64,000 nucleotides of DNA. It comes from Candidatus Hydrogenedentota bacterium. Its GTDB lineage: Bacteria; Hydrogenedentota; Hydrogenedentia; Hydrogenedentales; SLHB01. This document shows, in pieces, positions 62,790-64,000 of the stretch. The notes beneath the pieces are model-generated. The model was not told the origin of the DNA and made no database searches. It was given only the letters and a program-made list of their open reading frames with translations. Made by a program: the position numbers and the translations under genes. Within the stretch, counting starts at the first letter, position 1, and each line of letters starts with the position of its first letter. The DNA lies in the NCBI GenBank assembly GCA_045863335.1, contig BTVY01000023.1, positions 15,755-79,754 on the forward strand. The letters run 5' to 3'.

Positions 62790-64000
62790 ATGCATCCCTT
62801 TCGAACGCATACCTGTGGCGAGCTGCGTCCATCAGACGTAGACAAAGAGGTCCGGCTGTCGGGCTGGGTCCATCGCAAGCGCGACCACGGGGGCGTGATC
62901 TTCATCGACTTGCGCGATCACTATGGCCTGACGCAGGTCGTCATCAACCCGGATCAAGCCTTTTTCACGGAAGCCGAACAGGTGCGGTCGGAGAGCGTCA
63001 TTCGCGTGGATGGCAAGGTCGTCGCACGCACGCCGGAAACGATTAATCCTAATCTCGATACCGGCGCGATCGAAGTCGTCGCCTCCAGTTTTCACGTGGA
63101 ATCCGTCGCCGACCAGATCCCCTTCCCGGTCAACCAGGAGCTGGAGTACCCGGAGGAAGTGCGGCTGGCCCACCGGTTTCTGGATCTGCGCAAGGAACGG
63201 TTGCACAAGAACATTTTGCTTCGTTCCCAGACCGCACAGCTCACCCGCGCCCATTTGACGGAGCGCGGGTTTACCGAGTACCACACGCCGATCCTGACCA
63301 GTTCGTCGCCCGAGGGCGCGCGCGACTACCTGGTGCCCAGCCGGCTGTATCCAGGCGAGTTTTACGCCTTGCCCCAGGCGCCCCAGCAGTTCAAACAGTT
63401 GCTCATGATCTCCGGCTTCGACCGGTACTTCCAGATCGCGCCGTGCTTCCGCGATGAGGACAGCCGCGCCGATCGCAGCCCGGGCGAGTTTTACCAGATC
63501 GATATCGAGATGTCCTTCATCACGCAGGACGATCTCTTTCACGAAATCGAGTTGCTCCTCGTGCGGTTGTTCAACGAGTTGTCGGACAAGACCATTCAGG
63601 CCAACCCCTTCCCGCGGATACCCTATCGCGAGGCCATGGAGAAATACGGCACCGACAAGCCGGACATCCGCTTCGGGCTCGAGATGATCGAAGCGACGGA
63701 CATCTTCGAGAACAGCGAGTTCAAAGTTTTCTCGGGCGCGGTGAAGAGCGGCGGCGCGGTGAAGGTCATCAACGCCAAAGGCGTCGCCACGCAATCGCGG
63801 AAATTTTTCGATGACGCGGAGGCCTTCGCCAAAGGCGAAGGGGCTAAGGGCCTGGCCTGGATCGCTCTGCGCGATGGCGAAATGAAAGGCCCCGTCGTCA
63901 AGTTCCTGAGCGAGGCGGAACAGAAAGCCCTCATCGAGCGGACTTCCGCCCGGGAAGGGGACGCCCTGTTCTTCGGCGCCGGCGACCGGACGGAAACCAA
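62790..64000 (+). CDS. aspS: Aspartate--tRNA ligase (partial; 3' end beyond window)
   Basis: Own translation MHPFRTHTCGELRPSDVDKEVRLSGWVHRKRDHGGVIFIDLRDHYGLTQVV... (OB-fold N-terminus, class II motifs FRDED, GEFYQID). Not in ORF track because no stop occurs in the window. Confidence 0.85.
   Translation, partial: MHPFRTHTCGELRPSDVDKEVRLSGWVHRKRDHGGVIFIDLRDHYGLTQVVINPDQAFFTEAEQVRSESVIRVDGKVVARTPETINPNLDTGAIEVVASSFHVESVADQIPFPVNQELEYPEEVRLAHRFLDLRKERLHKNILLRSQTAQLTRAHLTERGFTEYHTPILTSSSPEGARDYLVPSRLYPGEFYALPQAPQQFKQLLMISGFDRYFQIAPCFRDEDSRADRSPGEFYQIDIEMSFITQDDLFHEIELLLVRLFNELSDKTIQANPFPRIPYREAMEKYGTDKPDIRFGLEMIEATDIFENSEFKVFSGAVKSGGAVKVINAKGVATQSRKFFDDAEAFAKGEGAKGLAWIALRDGEMKGPVVKFLSEAEQKALIERTSAREGDALFFGAGDRTET

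Noticed and set aside
1-64000. CRISPR arrays or cas genes.
   Set aside because: No regularly spaced direct repeats of 24-48 bp with unique spacers were seen. The only tandem repeats are the short 9-14-bp units noted above.

Overview
GC-rich (~65% GC) bacterial chromosomal segment; probably a non-model environmental lineage rich in secreted hydrolases and sulfatases (a PVC-type lifestyle is possible, but taxonomy cannot be assigned from sequence alone). Housekeeping genes (rpsF, queC, thiG, trxA, asd, lgt, rlmD, ubiB, ispE, queA, aspS) are interspersed with accessory modules. These are: an ECF sigma/anti-sigma/DUF4097 triad; an orphan phage terminase small/large subunit pair; a YdbH(AsmA)-like giant protein coupled to a YnbE/YdbL-like lipoprotein; a histidine-phosphatase/acyl-CoA dehydrogenase/APH-kinase operon (LvaA/LvaC- or ACAD10/11-like); a CbiMNQO-type Ni/Co ECF transporter; and a carbohydrate-active cluster (alpha/beta-hydrolase esterase, GH95-like fucosidase, formylglycine sulfatase, large unknown secreted proteins). 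The signal least explained by any standard feature list is a family of AT-rich repeat elements in a GC-rich background. It has two complete copies (~280 bp, ~35-38-bp terminal inverted repeats built from tandem CGAAATCCGAA units, non-coding ~200-bp cores) that exactly fill intergenic spaces, plus two solo-end copies; this is MITE/REP-like. Several long perfect or near-perfect hairpins and operator-like palindromes sit in promoter regions. No rRNA, tRNA or CRISPR array was found. Many long antisense ORFs in the six-frame track are GC-driven artefacts. Coordinates of non-CDS features derived by manual counting may be off by 1-2 nt.
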